Assembly: GCA_951406725.2 (NCBI GenBank)
Contig: OX597829.1
Coordinates: forward strand, 19,530,001 to 19,594,000
Length of the DNA stretch: 64,000 nt
Direction: 5' to 3'
Origin: Octopus vulgaris
Taxonomy: Eukaryota
Shown: positions 1 to 12,840 of the stretch, piece by piece
Layout: every line of letters begins with the position of its first letter
Position numbering within the stretch: the first letter of the stretch is position 1
The notes under the pieces: generated by a model
The model's database searches: none
What the model was told of the DNA's origin: nothing
The model's input: only the letters and a program-made list of their open reading frames with translations
Program-made: the position numbers and the translations under genes

Positions 1-40
1 AAAGAAACCTAGCTGTTTCTCGCAATACATACATCTAAAG

Positions 41-284
41 CAGGGGTTCTCAACCATTTTTTATCTATGGACCCCTTTCATTACTATTTTATTCCGGTGG
101 ATCCCCATAACCATTTGATGTTTACAAACTAGTTTTATAGAAACTTCTTAGAGAAAGAAACCTAGCTGTTTCTTGCAATACATCTATAGCAAATTTTTTT
201 TCTGGAGCCTTTAAAATACCCAATTTATTATTTTGTTGTGTGGACTCCTAAAAATCTTATATGGATCCCTGTTGAGAACCACTG
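41..284. mobile_element. hAT (Charlie-type) MITE
   Basis: TIRs CAGGGGTTCTCAAC / GTTGAGAACCACTG; flanks are imperfect nTCTAnnn 8-mers. Related copies at 9578-10543 and ~51790-52065. Confidence 0.7.
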
Positions 285-639
285 GTCTACATGCATCATA
301 ATTCCAAGTTCCCTTTCAGCCGTTTGTGTCTTGGTCTTTGACTCCTTGATCTGTACGTTTTACAAATATCATGTTCCCATCACTAGTAAATTGCAGCTAC
401 TATTGATAGATCCTTCATTGGCTTTGATGATTATCACTCTGATCTTTGACAAATTGATCTACCTATTAGTTAATTTAATGAGTGGGTACTCTTAATGTAA
501 TTTTCAAGCCATAATCATCTGTAGCATAATATATGGCAAAGACAAAGATGTGTGTTTGATTTCCGGGCAAAAATCCATGCAAAAGGGGCTTCTGTTATAT
601 TTCTACCTACCCAGTTTAACATACAAGGTTTGGGTTGAC

Positions 640-856
640 CCAAGACTATAATAAAATAAGAATTAAAAAAAAACATTTGGCCAAGATGCAGGGCAACATG
701 ATGAGACCCAGAACATTATATCATCATTATCTAGTGTTTTAAACCCTTGATCCAAGACTATAACAAAATGAGAATAAAAAGAAAATTGACCAAAACGCAG
801 GGCAACATGAGACCCAGAACATCATATCTTCATCATCGTCATCCAGTGTTTTAAAT
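640..856. repeat. ~110-bp imperfect tandem duplication
   Basis: ccaagactata...gcagggcaacatga...agtgttttaaa is present at ~640-743 and ~752-856. Confidence 0.8.
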
Positions 857-1600
857 CCGAGTTTTGTCTCCGTTAATAGGGGTGGCTGGATTTACCTCAA
901 TGCTATAGCAACTGAGGTAGGCAGGTGCAGCTCACTCCAATCTTTGGGCTTGCTGGTGCCCATTCTCCTTTGCTATCATGAGGCTTTTTTGGAGCTGGAT
1001 TTTCTATGGGGAGCATGCCCTTGCTTACCCTCAACCTCAGTTTCTAGACATGAGTGGTTCCCCGAGACCAAGGCCTCTACCACGATTTTTAAGAAATGTG
1101 GTGGAAAACAAGCTCAGGAAGGCAGGGATGCTACTCCCTGAGACCCCTTTTAGAATCCCACCCCCACCTATCAGCAAAGAATATTCCTTAAGTACTTCAC
1201 CATGCCTACAACTTTTGCTATTACTGCAACAACTTGTACCACCACCAGCTTCTAACATTCTACACATCTTCCCTGTGTACATCAGTGTATATTTCCTATG
1301 ACACATGTAGATTCATTCCATCTTCTCTACAACAACCATCCACTCACTCTTTTTAGTGCCTTTTCTGTGCTTCTTCAAATAATGTTAATTTTCTTGTTTA
1401 AAAAAATAAGGAAAAAGAAAGAGAAGCAATAAGGAATCTCTTGTCATTCTTTGATGTTCACTTTCCCATGTTTTAAGTTTTCTTCCATTTTTCACTTTTG
1501 TAGTCTTTTTTCTATTTGTTCTTATTAATCTCTCTCTCTCTCTCTCGCTCGCACACACACACAAATTACATTTTTTTTTCATTCTTTATACTCTGATCAG

Positions 1601-1697
1601 CTGTGGCAAACATTAGGTTTTCAACCAACTCCTAATGAATTGGCTGCCATCAGGTACCGTGTGGCTGTTGATGAAAATGGAATGGTTTCTTATGAAG
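1601..1697 (+). CDS. STXBP4: STXBP4-like coding exon (first visible; upstream exons lie outside the window), EF-hand-like segment
   Basis: Pyrimidine tract + cag acceptor, GAAG|gtaact donor. Translates LWQTLGFQPTPNELAAIRYRVAVDENGMVSYE, resembling the vertebrate STXBP4 segment LGIQPT...VQADSKGTVSFGDF (from memory). Ends in phase 1. Confidence 0.85.
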
Positions 1698-1859
1698 GTA
1701 ACTAGTAATATTTCAAGTTTTATTTTACTGGTTTTCCATTCCTTTTTTTTTTTTTTTTTTTTTGTCCTTAAAGCAACGAAAAATCAATCAAAAACTAAAT
1801 TGATTTCTTGTTACAACTTGTTTATCATTGCATGTTTTATTTTAAAATATTTGGGTTCT

Positions 1860-2252
1860 TCATGGTAAGAAGTTTGTTTCCCCAACAACATGGTCCCAGG
1901 TTCAGTCCCACTGCAAGACATCTTGGGCAAATGTCTTCTATAGTTCCAAACTGAGCAAAGTTCTGAATGGACTTGGTGGATAGAAACTATGTGGAAGCCT
2001 GTTGTGTGTGTGTGTGCATTCATGCATGTATCAATCAGTGTGGGAGTCTTGTGTGTGTCTCTCACCAGCACTTGACAACTGGTGCTAGTTTGTTTACATC
2101 CCAGTAACTTAGCAGTTCAGCTTAAGAGACCAATAGAATAAGTACCAGGTTAAAAAAAAATGTACTGGGGTCAATCTGTTTGACTAAAACCCTTCAGGGC
2201 AGTGCTCCAGCATGGCTACAGTTCAGTGACTGAATCAAGTAAAAAATAAAGA
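1860..2252 (+). mobile_element. tRNA-derived SINE, family A (about 20 copies or fragments in the window)
   Basis: Head tggtaagaag...ggttcagtcccactg (A/B-box-like), central TG microsatellite, tail gctccagcatggc...tgactgaa. Confidence 0.85.
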
Positions 2253-2958
2253 TTTAGTAACATTATTCGTTTCTGCAGTCTTAATTATTACAAATCATCA
2301 ACATTGAAAAAGATGTTGAGTGAACTAAGAAAAAACAAAAAAAGAAGTAATCACTTGATCATGATTAAAAGCCATGTTCAATAAATTTGATTTATCTTTG
2401 ACCAGTCTGGTCTTGGACCAAGCAGTAGGCTGATGTATAATATTTAATTATAGAGAGTGTGTGTGTGTGTGTGTAAACTGTTTTGTTACTGGTCTTGTTG
2501 TTGCCGGTATTGTTTAGTTCTAAGCTCAATTCTGTTTGAACAGACCCATAATTACAGGGACTCCAGAAATGATACCTTGCCATTTTATTCTAGATTTTGG
2601 TCAGTCTGGGGACAAGTGTCTTCTTTTTTAGCCCCAAGCAAATCAAAGCCTTGTGAAAGGATTTGGTAAACAGAAAATGGAAGAAGCCTCTGTGTGTGTG
2701 TGTCACTTTGACTACTGGTATTGGTTTGTTTTCATCCCCATAACTTAGTGACCTACAAAAGAGACCAACAGAATAAGTACAAGACTTAGAAAAAATATAT
2801 ATACAGGGATCAATTTGTGTGACTACATTCTTCAAGATAGTCCTCCAGCATGGCTGCAGTTCAGTGACTGAATCAAAGGAAAATAAAAGATATAGTTCAT
2901 TCAAGACTACTTTATCCAATGTTTCCTTCATCTTTTCAAGATCATAGGATGTCTTTAA

Positions 2959-3210
2959 CCCTTTCGTTGCCAACCTGACTGAAACCGGCTCTGACTCTGA
3001 GTATAAATGTCTTGTTTCCATAAGTTTTGAATTAAAATCTTTCACCAAACCTTAGTCACAATTTATGTTCCTAACACTAACTGATCGATAACTAAGTAAT
3101 TTTTACTAAATTCTTTGTTATCATCATCATCATCGTTTAGTGTCCGTTTTCCATGCTAAGCAAATGAAAGACACACAGAGCATCTCAAAATAAATACAGT
3201 AACGAAAGGG
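2959..3210. mobile_element. piggyBac-type MITE (TTAA TSD)
   Basis: TTAA|CCCTTTCGTT...AACGAAAGGG|TTAA; a second copy in the opposite orientation lies at 8733-8954. Confidence 0.85.
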
Positions 3211-3455
3211 TTAAGGCAAGTTTGGCTGCTATTTCTAGCAGGTTGAGTGACCACATATAGAATCCATCACTGGCTGGTGTAGTGTGCGTGTGTGTATGCA
3301 TGTGTGTGCCATCTATGCATATTCCACTATTATTGTTTAGGTCCAAGTGAAACCTAATTGAGGAAACCTATAATCAAAAGCATTCCAGCCTTCACCATCC
3401 CTTTCTTTTTTTTTTCTTTTTACCAGGAATAGTATACAATGGACTGCATTGTACA

Positions 3456-3579
<124 letters not shown>

Positions 3580-4106
3580 TTCTACAAGATGATAGAACAT
3601 GGTTCAAGGGAGCTTCATCTGCTATTTCTAGCGGATCAGAGAGGCTCACTCATTAGCGTCCATTTTCGACTGTGTTAATCTGGTTAATATTATTTAGTTT
3701 TTCTTCTGTTCCTATTTTGTCAGCAGGTCTTAGCACTGATCTGCAACATAAGTAGCCAAGGTGTATTCAGGAAAAGTCATTATAGCTTTAAATATTTCAG
3801 TATTTATTGATCTCAAACTACTATATAGATTTATCATTTATAAATGGTTAACAGACCAGAACAGTTTGAAATCTCCTAAGTAGGAAATTAGTGTATCTGT
3901 GCTTTGTGTTGTTGTCTGGGTTGAGTGATACAAATAAGGGTATTAGGTCTATTTTGCTTCTCTGTTAAAACAATTCACTTCCTTTGTCAGAAAGTAAGGC
4001 AGTTAAAATTTACATCACTTTTTGATTCAGCCTCATATTAATAGTCTAAGAGAAGATGGGTTTTTCATAATGATGGACCATTCTCCTTTTCCTTTACAGT
4101 ATATCT

Positions 4107-4310
4107 TTTACTTTTATTTGTTTCAGTCATTTGACTGTGGCCATGCAGGAGCACCGCCTTTAGTCGAGCAAATTGACCCCCAGGACTTATTCTTTGTAAG
4201 CCTAGTACTTATTCTATCAGTGTCTCTTGCTGAACCGCTAAGTGACAGGGACATATGCACACCAGCATCAGTTGTTGGGGGAACAAACACAGACACACAA
4301 ACATATACAT

Positions 4311-4344
<34 letters not shown>

Positions 4345-5396
4345 CTTTATATATATAAAACGAGAATGTGTGTCTGTCTGTCTGTCTGTGTGTTTCCCTA
4401 AAGCTTGAGAACTACACAACCAATTTCATTCAAATTTTACACATGCCTTACTTAGGGTCCATGTAGTTTCATGGGCAAAAAAATGTTCAACTTCTTGCCT
4501 AGAGCGAGCCCATAGCAATATCATATCTTCTCCACTATTTCAGTATTACGTGTTAAAAGTGAAACAAAAACATTTCTCTATTTTATGTTAGATACTTTCA
4601 CTTTAACAATAAAAATAATAATAACAATTGAGTTATATGTAGTAAGTAATAATTAAAATCAAACTAAAGTATAATATAATCATAACATAACAAAAGTAAA
4701 AATAGCAATTGGTATAAAATTGCATCAATGACTTGAACTTGAATAAGTGGTTTCACATGAATGGGAATAAATCAAAAATAAAATTAGCGTGCAGAAATGG
4801 AATAGTCCAGATGGATAATAAAAAATTAAATTAAAGAAAAGACTATTGTCTATAAAGTATACAATGTAGAGAAAAAAGAAGATTTGAACACATAGAGGAA
4901 AGCACCTTCGAAAAGTGTCTTGGTGCGACTATGAAAGATATCTAATCAGAGGCGGTAAATTCGCCACAATAGAAGCAAGGTTCGAGTCAACGGAGCGTGC
5001 AAGGGAGTACACGACTCAAACTTGCGAAGTGGAAATATTTTATTTTTACCTTTATATCTGGGACATAGGATGTCCCAGATAAAAATTTAAAAGCCCATCC
5101 CCCCTCCCCATCCCAGAAGTAGAGGTAGGCTGGATTGTAGCCACACTTCTATACAAGAGGGAGGACAAGATACAATTGATCGAAATTACAATTCCAGTCT
5201 GTTATATATTTTGAGTATTGTTATCACTAGCGATATCAAGATATAACTTAGTATTTTATGTGTAGATGTATATATATATAGATGTACATGTAATATGTAC
5301 ACATATATATACACATATATACATGCACTAGCACTATGACCCGGCATATATATATATATAGTATATATATATATAACGGGTATATGACCCGGCTAG

Positions 5397-5428
<32 letters not shown>

Positions 5429-5588
5429 GCTTCTTTTAGTTTCCGTCTACCAAATCCACTCGCAAGGCTTTGGTCGGCCCGAGGCTATAGTAGAAGACAC
5501 TTGCCCAAGAGGCCATGCAGTGGGACTGAACCCGGAACCATGTGGTTGGTAAGCAAGTTACTTACCACACAGCCACTCCTGCACCTAT
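4107..5588 (-). mobile_element. Family A SINE split by a nested Helitron
   Basis: SINE tail half at ~4107-4330 and head half at ~5423-5588, both on the minus strand, separated at the central microsatellite. Confidence 0.8.
4344..5396 (+). mobile_element. Non-autonomous Helitron
   Basis: 5' A|TCtttatatatataaaacgagaatgtgtgtctgtc; 3' cgggtatatgacccgg hairpin followed by CTAG|T. Confidence 0.7.
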
Positions 5589-5656
5589 GTATAAGTTTTT
5601 TTTTTGTATATAAATGAAAAATTAGAAGATAAATAAATGAAATCATTATTATTATT

Positions 5657-6068
5657 AAGGCAGTAAGCTGGCTGAATCATAAGCTGGAGGAAATGCTTAG
5701 CAGTATTTCACTCATCGCTACATTCTGAGTTCAATTTCCACCGAGGTCAACTTTACCTTTCATCCTTGATAAATTAAGTACCAGTTGAGTACTTCCCCAA
5801 ATTTTAAGCCTTGTGCCTATAGTAGAAAGGATTATTATTGTTATTATTAAGGTGGTGAGCTGGTAGAATCGTTAGCACATCGAGCAACCTGCTTAGCAGC
5901 ATTTCGTCCATCTTTACATTCTGAGTTCAAATTCTGCCATGGTCGACTTTGCCTTTCATCCTATCAGGGTCAATAAATTAAGTACCAGTGAAACGTTGGG
6001 GGGTCAATGTAATCAAGTAATCCCCTCCCACAAAGTTTCAGGCCTTGTGCCTTTTGTAGAAAGGATTA
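5657..6068 (+). mobile_element. Two tandem family B tRNA-derived SINEs (Deu/Nin-domain-like core)
   Basis: aaggcggcgagctggcagaa-type head, ttctgagttcaaatt B-box, core gcctttcatcc...gataaattaagtaccag. Copies at ~5657-5835 and ~5849-6068. Confidence 0.8.
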
Positions 6069-6135
6069 TTGTTGTTGTTTGTTTGTATGCTGTGGGTTTT
6101 TATGGGTGTTAGTTTAGGGTTTAATCTGAGGAAAA

Positions 6136-6207
6136 AGGACTGTGTCCACAGCCAGGACTGTATCCACTGCCAGGACTGTGTCCACAGCTAGGACAGTGTC
6201 CACAGCC
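6136..6207. repeat. 18-bp minisatellite x4
   Basis: aggactgtgtccacagcc repeated four times with few substitutions. Confidence 0.9.
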
Positions 6208-6626
6208 TTTGATACTGGTGAGATTGATATGTTTTTATATTCTTCTTGAAATTTATGTCTGCAAGCAAGAACATGGCTAAGGAGGAACTGTCAGAGGAAT
6301 GACATCCACAAGAAGAAGAACTGGACATTGTAGTGAAAAACAATATAGAGGAAAGATGAGTCAGTGGCGTGGAATCTGACTAGAAGTTACACAAGATTAG
6401 ACAGATTCTTCAAGAAGCAGGGTTCATTGTTGTCCACTCTGCATTCCAGAAAGTGTAGACACAGAAGACATTTTTGAATTGTAACCCCGGATGTTAGTAT
6501 TCACTAATAGAAACAAAATGAAAATAAAATTTTCATTGGAAGCAAATACTTTCTATAATGTAGAATGGTATCTTCTTAAGAATTGGATCTAATTTTGCAA
6601 CTGTTTACTTATTTCCTTTCATTTAA

Positions 6627-7037
6627 CCATTTAGTGTTTAAAATGGCCATATCAGGCCCCAAATATTCTGCCTTGTTTTATGCTCAAACCAGTCAGATCT
6701 GACCTCTTACACCTATCCTACAATGCCATTCTAAGAAAAATAATAAGCAATCACATCATTGAAATCGCAAAGCTCTGAGATAATGCCTGATTAATTGAAA
6801 ACAACTTGAATAAATGAGAATTACATTTGTGAGACTAATTTGAATGCTAAAGAGTTAATTTTAACACTTTAGCATTCAAACCGGCCATATCCAGCCCAAA
6901 AATGTTCCGTCTGTTTTATGTTCAAACTGGTTAGATCTGACCTCTCACATTTACCTGACAATGTCATTCAAATCATAAACAATCACATCATTGAAATCAC
7001 AAAGCTATAAGATAATGCATGATTAGTTCAAAACAAT
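6627..7037. mobile_element. Two adjacent piggyBac-type MITEs (second truncated)
   Basis: Homologous to 8096-8317; TTAA at 6623, 6855 and 6861. Confidence 0.7.
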
Positions 7038-8095
7038 ATATATATATATATATATATTATTGATATATGGTGAGTAGAAAAGCTATTCTAGTAAAGGTTA
7101 ATGAGCCGTGTCAGTAACTCAATTTTGATTTTATTTCATTTAGTAAACCTTACCACAGTCTGTGGAAAGTAAGGAACTTTCACATTTTTGTTGTAAAATC
7201 TCAGTTATTCCTACCTGTCAGTGTTGATAATGAAGTATATTTGACTAAATCCACACAAGCTATAAGTTAATTTTCAATCAAACTATAGTTACTTTTTTTT
7301 TTTTTTTTACTAGTTTCAGATATTTGTCTGTGGTCATACTGGTAGTATTTTTCTTTTACTTGTTGACTTCGGCCATGCTGGAGCACTGCCTTGAAGAGTT
7401 TTAGCTGAACAAATCAACCCCAGGCCTTTTTTATACCTACTATTAAAAGGGCCAGCCTTAATCTCCCTGAGAACTACATAAAGGGTACATATGTCTGTGG
7501 AGTGCTGAACCACTTGCACATTAATTTCATGAGCAAGCTGTTCTGGAACCTTGTCAGATATGTGCGTGTGTGTGTGATGGGCTCCTTTAAGTTTCCATCT
7601 ACCAAATCCACTCACAAGGTGTTGATTGGTCTGAGGCTATAATAGAAGACATTTGTCCAAGGTGCCACACAGTGGGACTGAACCTAGAACCATGTGGCAA
7701 GAAAGCAAGCTGTGCGTTATAATTCTTGTGAAATATCTCCTGAAAAACCTTAATAGTTAATGCTTTTGATAACAATCCATCTGAGACAACCCTACATCTA
7801 TAATACAAGCTTCATATTTTAAACTGGTCTAAATTAGAAACTCCATTCAAAATTTTATGTTAATTTGTGTTTCAAACAATTGAAAGGGTTAAGAAAAGAA
7901 GTAAATGTTGTTTCACTGTTATTCAGAATTATCTGCCCTTCTACCAGCTAATGTGAATCTGTACATATTCATGTGTCCATCATCATCTTACTATTCTGTG
8001 TGTATGTGAAAGAAGAGAAAGAGTAACCATTTGTTTCACTTTTACTATTTAAAATGGCCGTGTCAGAATGCATGATGCAGTCTGTTACAATTTAA

Positions 8096-8317
8096 CCCTT
8101 TAGCATTTAAACCGGCCATATCCGGCCAAAAATATTCTGCCTGTTTTATGTTCAAACTGGCCAGATCTGGCCTCTCACACCAACCCTACAATGTCGTTTT
8201 AAATATTAACAACTACCTCATCAAAATCTTAATGCTATAAGATAAGGCATGATTAATTCAAAACAATGTGGATAAAAAAAGGATTAATTTTGGCAGAATA
8301 ATGCGAACACTAAAGGG
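8096..8317. mobile_element. piggyBac-type MITE, second family
   Basis: TTAA|CCCTTTAG...CTAAAGGG|TTAA; a further copy lies at 56300-56516. Confidence 0.85.
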
Positions 8318-8411
8318 TTAAAATGACAATTTTCTCTTAAGACAACACAATTACCAAATGAGTAAATTAGCTTACACATTCCTTTTTTTTTTTATTCATC
8401 CTTGTTATTAG

Positions 8412-8521
8412 AAATCATTAAAGTTGCTAATGAGGTGTGTCAAGCCAGTTCAAAAGGAGTTGAGAAAGACTTTTCCCGGCCTACAAATCGAGAAGTGAGA
8501 GTTGAAACATTTCCACACGAG
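8412..8521 (+). CDS. STXBP4: STXBP4-like coding exon
   Basis: ttattag|AA...CACGAG|gtaagt. The phase 1 start matches the previous exon. Translates (E)IIKVANEVCQASSKGVEKDFSRPTNREVRVETFPHE. Confidence 0.85.
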
Positions 8522-8732
8522 GTAAGTCGTTTTTATTAAGATTAAGTAAATAAGAAAATATTACAAATATTCTTTTATTCTCTTAGGTTAGTTGTATTAC
8601 ACTTCCTATTATGCTGGCAGAGAATATCCCCAATTTATCAATGATTTGTACAACATGATTAATCTATTTGGATTTGATCAATGGTTAATCTTCCTATTCA
8701 TCATCATCATCATCATCATCATCATTATTTAA

Positions 8733-8954
8733 CCCTTTCGTTACTGTATTTATTTTGAGATGCTCTATGTTTCTTTCAATTAATTTTAAATACAACCAAG
8801 AATTTAGTAAAATAACTTAGTTATCATTCAGCTAGTGTTAGGGACATTAATTGTGACTAAGGTTTGGTGGAAGATTTTAATTCAAAACTTATGAAAACAA
8901 GACATTTGTACTTCAGAGCCAGAGCCGGTTTCAGCCAGGTTGGTAACGAAAGGG
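8733..8954. mobile_element. piggyBac-type MITE inserted in the TTAA of a (CAT)n-tailed retroposon
   Basis: TTAA|CCCTTTCGTTAC...GTAACGAAAGGG|TTAA; the host continues as cgtccattttcc. Confidence 0.85.
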
Positions 8955-9322
8955 TTAACGTCCATTTTCCTTACTAACATGGTTTCTATAAATGGATGCC
9001 CTTCCTTATGCCAACCATTTCACATAGTGTACTGGATGTTTTTTTACATAGCACTAGCACAGCTTCATTTTACATGATACTGGCACCAGTGCTTTTTATG
9101 TGATGCCAGCACAGGTGCTTTTATGTGGCACTGGCATGGGTTGTTAACCAATGTCTGAATGGAGGGGAGATATCATGGTACCTATACTAAATATATTTTC
9201 TCACAAGACAAAGAGTAAAGAATAAAAGTTATAATTAAAAATCAAGAAATTTAGTTCCACCAACAGTTTATAAAAACAATGCTAAACAATATTTATATAC
9301 TGCATAAAATTTTAATTTTCAG

Positions 9323-9421
9323 GTAGAAGTTTTACCTGACTCGACAATGTTGTCTTTGGAAGAGGTTGCCCAGATCCAATTAGAAAAAGATATCCTGCAG
9401 GTTGAGGTTGAAAAACTGCGT
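9323..9421 (+). CDS. STXBP4: STXBP4-like coding exon, start of coiled coil
   Basis: ttttcag|GTA...CGT|gtaagt, 99 nt, phase 0/0. Translates VEVLPDSTMLSLEEVAQIQLEKDILQVEVEKLR. Confidence 0.85.
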
Positions 9422-9577
9422 GTAAGTTTTTTTGTAGTTTTTTTCTTTATTTTTTTTTTCTTTCTGGTATTTTCTTACTGATACTTAACACAAGAACAGA
9501 AGCCTTTTGCTGCTGCTTCTCCATTCTTACTCTTCTAAAATTGAGCATTCCTCTGTCACTTCTACCACTATCTAAAT

Positions 9578-10543
9578 CAATGGTCCTCAGCCATTTTTAT
9601 CTATGGATCCCTTTGATTCCTGTTTTTACTCTACTGGACCCTCTTACCCATTCGATGTTTAAGGAAAGTCCATAAGAAAAGATTTTACAATTAAATATAA
9701 TTTGCAGTTGTATTACTCTTTTACTATTTTAATTGTTTCAGTCATTTGACTGTGGCCATGCTGGAGCACCGCCTTTAGTCGAGCAAATCGACCCCAGGAC
9801 TTATTCTTTCTCAGCCTGGTACTTATTCTATCGGTCTCTTTTGCTGAATGGCTAACTTATGGGGGCATAAACACACCGGCATCAGTTGTCAAGCGATGTT
9901 GGGGGAGGGGACAAACACAGACACACAAACGTATACACATACATATATATATAACAGGCTTCTTTCAGTTTCTGTCTACCAAATCCACTCACAACGCTTT
10001 GGTCGGCCCGAAGCTATAGTAGAAGGTGCCACACAGTGGAACTGAACCTGCCACTCCCCTTATTAAAAAAAATATTGTTAAAATATTTTTTGTATTGTAG
10101 AAGTATAAGCAATCTATTGCAAATAAGCACAGGCGAGGCTGTGTAGTAAGAATCTTGCTTCCCAACCACATGGTTCCAGGTTCAGTTCTAACACGTGGAT
10201 CCTTGGCATAGTCTTCTGTTGTAACCTCAGCCTTGTGGATGGATTTGGGAGACAGAAACTGAAAGAAGGCCTTTGTGTATAATATTTATGTGTGTATGTC
10301 TTTGTGTCTGTGTTTGTCCCCCAACAATCACTTGACAACTGATGTTGTTGCATTTACATCCCCGTAACTTAACACTTTGGCAAAAGACACCAATAGAATA
10401 ACTATTAGTCTTACAAAGAATGAGTAACTGAGGTCAATCTGGTGGTGCTCCAGCATGGCTGCAGTCAAGTAACTGAAGCAAGCAAAATAAATTAATATAT
10501 TTTAACAACGAAATCTTATATGGACCCTGTTTGAGAACCCCTA
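9578..10543. mobile_element. hAT MITE with 8-bp TSD carrying two nested SINEs
   Basis: TSD atctaaat at 9570-9577 and 10544-10551; ends similar to 41-284; family A SINEs at ~9715-10058 (-) and ~10126-10490 (+). Confidence 0.8.
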
Positions 10544-10874
10544 ATCTAAATAACAGAAATTATTTACTACTTCCAATGAGCCATTTAAGCATCTATCATA
10601 ATCCTTCACAGTGTCAACACTGTGGCTTTCCATCAGGTTGAATTTATATGGTTATATGTCAAAAATATTTGTATATAATTTTCTACTGGAAATGTAATAT
10701 TTTCCAAAGATACAAGCTACATATTAGTTATAGCAACATACTCAAAAACATTGGACTTTGTAGATATTTCAAACGTTTATCCCTAGGCTATAAAATAATG
10801 ATAGTGAGATAATGCATTATGTTTCTTATAACGGATTTTTCCAAAAATATTTTTTATATTATTATTATTATACA

Positions 10875-11070
10875 TGTCATACATTATACAATATTGTGAG
10901 GTTGTTGATTGAAGGTATTGTGTCTACTGGGGGTTTGTACTGTTTGTCAAGTCACAACAAGGACCTCAAACAGACAGTACTTTACACAATATGCATGTAA
11001 TTCCAAGTAATGCCGATTTTTGCAATACACCTAATTAATAATAATTAGGTCCTTGTTGTGACTTGACAAA
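10875..11070 (-). mobile_element. 3' fragment of an R4/Dong-like (REL-endonuclease) non-LTR retrotransposon
   Basis: Minus strand 11025-10966 reads LQKSALLGITCILCKVLSV*, like the QKxxxLGTARILRKVL terminus of this clade; flanked on both sides by (TAA)n. Confidence 0.55.
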
Positions 11071-11104
11071 TATTATTATTATTATTATTTTTATTTTTAT
11101 TCAG

Positions 11105-11170
11105 GCAAAAATCCGAGAAAAAGAAGACAGTTGCAATACAGCTGAGGAAGAACTACTTCGAATTAGGAGG
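11105..11170 (+). CDS. STXBP4: STXBP4-like coding exon, coiled coil
   Basis: tattcag|GCA...AGG|gtaaat, 66 nt. Translates AKIREKEDSCNTAEEELLRIRR. Confidence 0.85.
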
Positions 11171-12675
11171 GTAAATATAGTTTAATCAATTTTCATAGAA
11201 GCATAAACAGGCATGTAGCAACCATCATCATCATCGTTTAACATCCGCTTTCCATGCTAGCATGGGTTGGACGATTTTGACTGAGGGCCGGCAAACCAGA
11301 TGGTTAAAATCGTCCAACCCACGTGGTTTCAAATTCAATCTTCGCCTTGAACAATAACTGTGGCAGGAAAATTTGGTTGATAGTGCTGTGGGAAACTTCA
11401 TTGCATGCTCGTGTGTGTGCTCCCAACCATAGAAACCAAACCAAAAATGAAACTTACATGTGAGATGTGATCCCTCAGACCAGCCATCCCATGCCAGCAT
11501 GAAAACCAGTCATAAAACAACAATCATGTAATGTTTATGAGTACAACCAAAAATAATAAAACAAAAACTAAGAAAGTCCTTTTTATGTTTAGGACAGATC
11601 AAACTACCCTGTGTGTATGTGTGTGTTGGTGTAATCTGTGCATTAAACAAAACTACAGTGGAATATTTCAGAAATTGGGTTGCATCGAGTTATGTCCCTT
11701 TGTGAGAAGCCCACGTAAGCTATTCGATAGTGATTAATTAAATGCGTACAAGAATCAATATAATGAATTAATATAATGAACTAAAATACCTAAAGCTAGT
11801 TTTCCAATATTGCTCCAATTCGAAGACTGAAACTACTGAAGAAGTTCACTCTCCAGCCACATGGTTGTGGGTTCAATCCCACTGTGTGACACCTTTCTCC
11901 AGCTATAGCCCAGGGTCAACTAATGCTTTCTTAAAGGATGCTATAGGCAGAAACTGGAAGAACACACATACACACATAAATGGGTAACAACTCCCTTCGG
12001 TCATGAATGACCATAAGATTGCATCTAGAAAGTTCCTCTCCGAGGCACAAGTCCAGGTAAGGTTGTTTATGGAAGACCAGTAGTCGCCCATGCATACCTG
12101 TCTCCCCTCTCCACACCACTAATGTTATCCAAGGGAAAGACAAAGGCCAATACAGCTTGGACCTTGTGTTATCACAACTCATTTCTACAGATGAGTGAAC
12201 TGGAGCAACATGAAATAAAGTGTCTTGAACACAACACACAGCCCAGTTCGAGAAGTGAACTCACTACTTCATGATTGTGTGTGTGTCCCATCACCATTCG
12301 ACAACTGGTGTTGATGTGTTTGTCTCTGAGACCTAGCAGTTTGGCATATTTACTAGGCCTAAGAAATAAGTCCTGTGGGGATCGGTTTGTTCCACTAAAA
12401 CACTTCAGGGAAGTGCTCCAGCTTGGCCACAGTCAAATGACTGAAATAAATAAAAGGAAAAAATGAACCGATTGTAATGTTTTGTATCTCACCTTTTTTG
12501 ATACCTTTCATTTAACTCTATGATGCATTTATTCCTCTTCTTTCATTTAATGAATTGTATTATTGTCTCAGCATAGTGAATTGAAAAGCTTTAATCACCT
12601 GAAAGTCCCCTCTCTAAAGGTGGGTAAAATCTAACAGGTAATAACATTCAGTCAGCTATCCAATTTTTAATTCAG

Positions 12676-12840
12676 GAGGCACAAGGAGCTATTCACGAAA
12701 CCCGTTCTCTGCGAAGTAAGGTTCATCTTGCGGAAGAAGCTCAAAAAGCAGCTCGAAATCTGGAACAAGGTTATGAAGAAGCTATTCAAGTACTGGAAAA
12801 AGAAATTGTGCAGTTAAGATCACAGCTACAAAAACAATCT
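12676..12840 (+). CDS. STXBP4: STXBP4-like coding exon, conserved coiled coil
   Basis: ttcag|GAG...TCT|gtaagt, 165 nt. EAQGAIHETRSLRSKVHLAEEAQKAARNLEQGYEEAIQVLEKEIVQLRSQLQKQS matches the STXBP4 motif ETRALRSRIHLAEAAQ...YEEVIRLLE. Confidence 0.93.

Noticed and set aside
880-1310. GC-richer segment with overlapping ORFs
   Set aside because: No recognisable protein and no phase-compatible splice sites that I could verify; probably an old repeat fragment.
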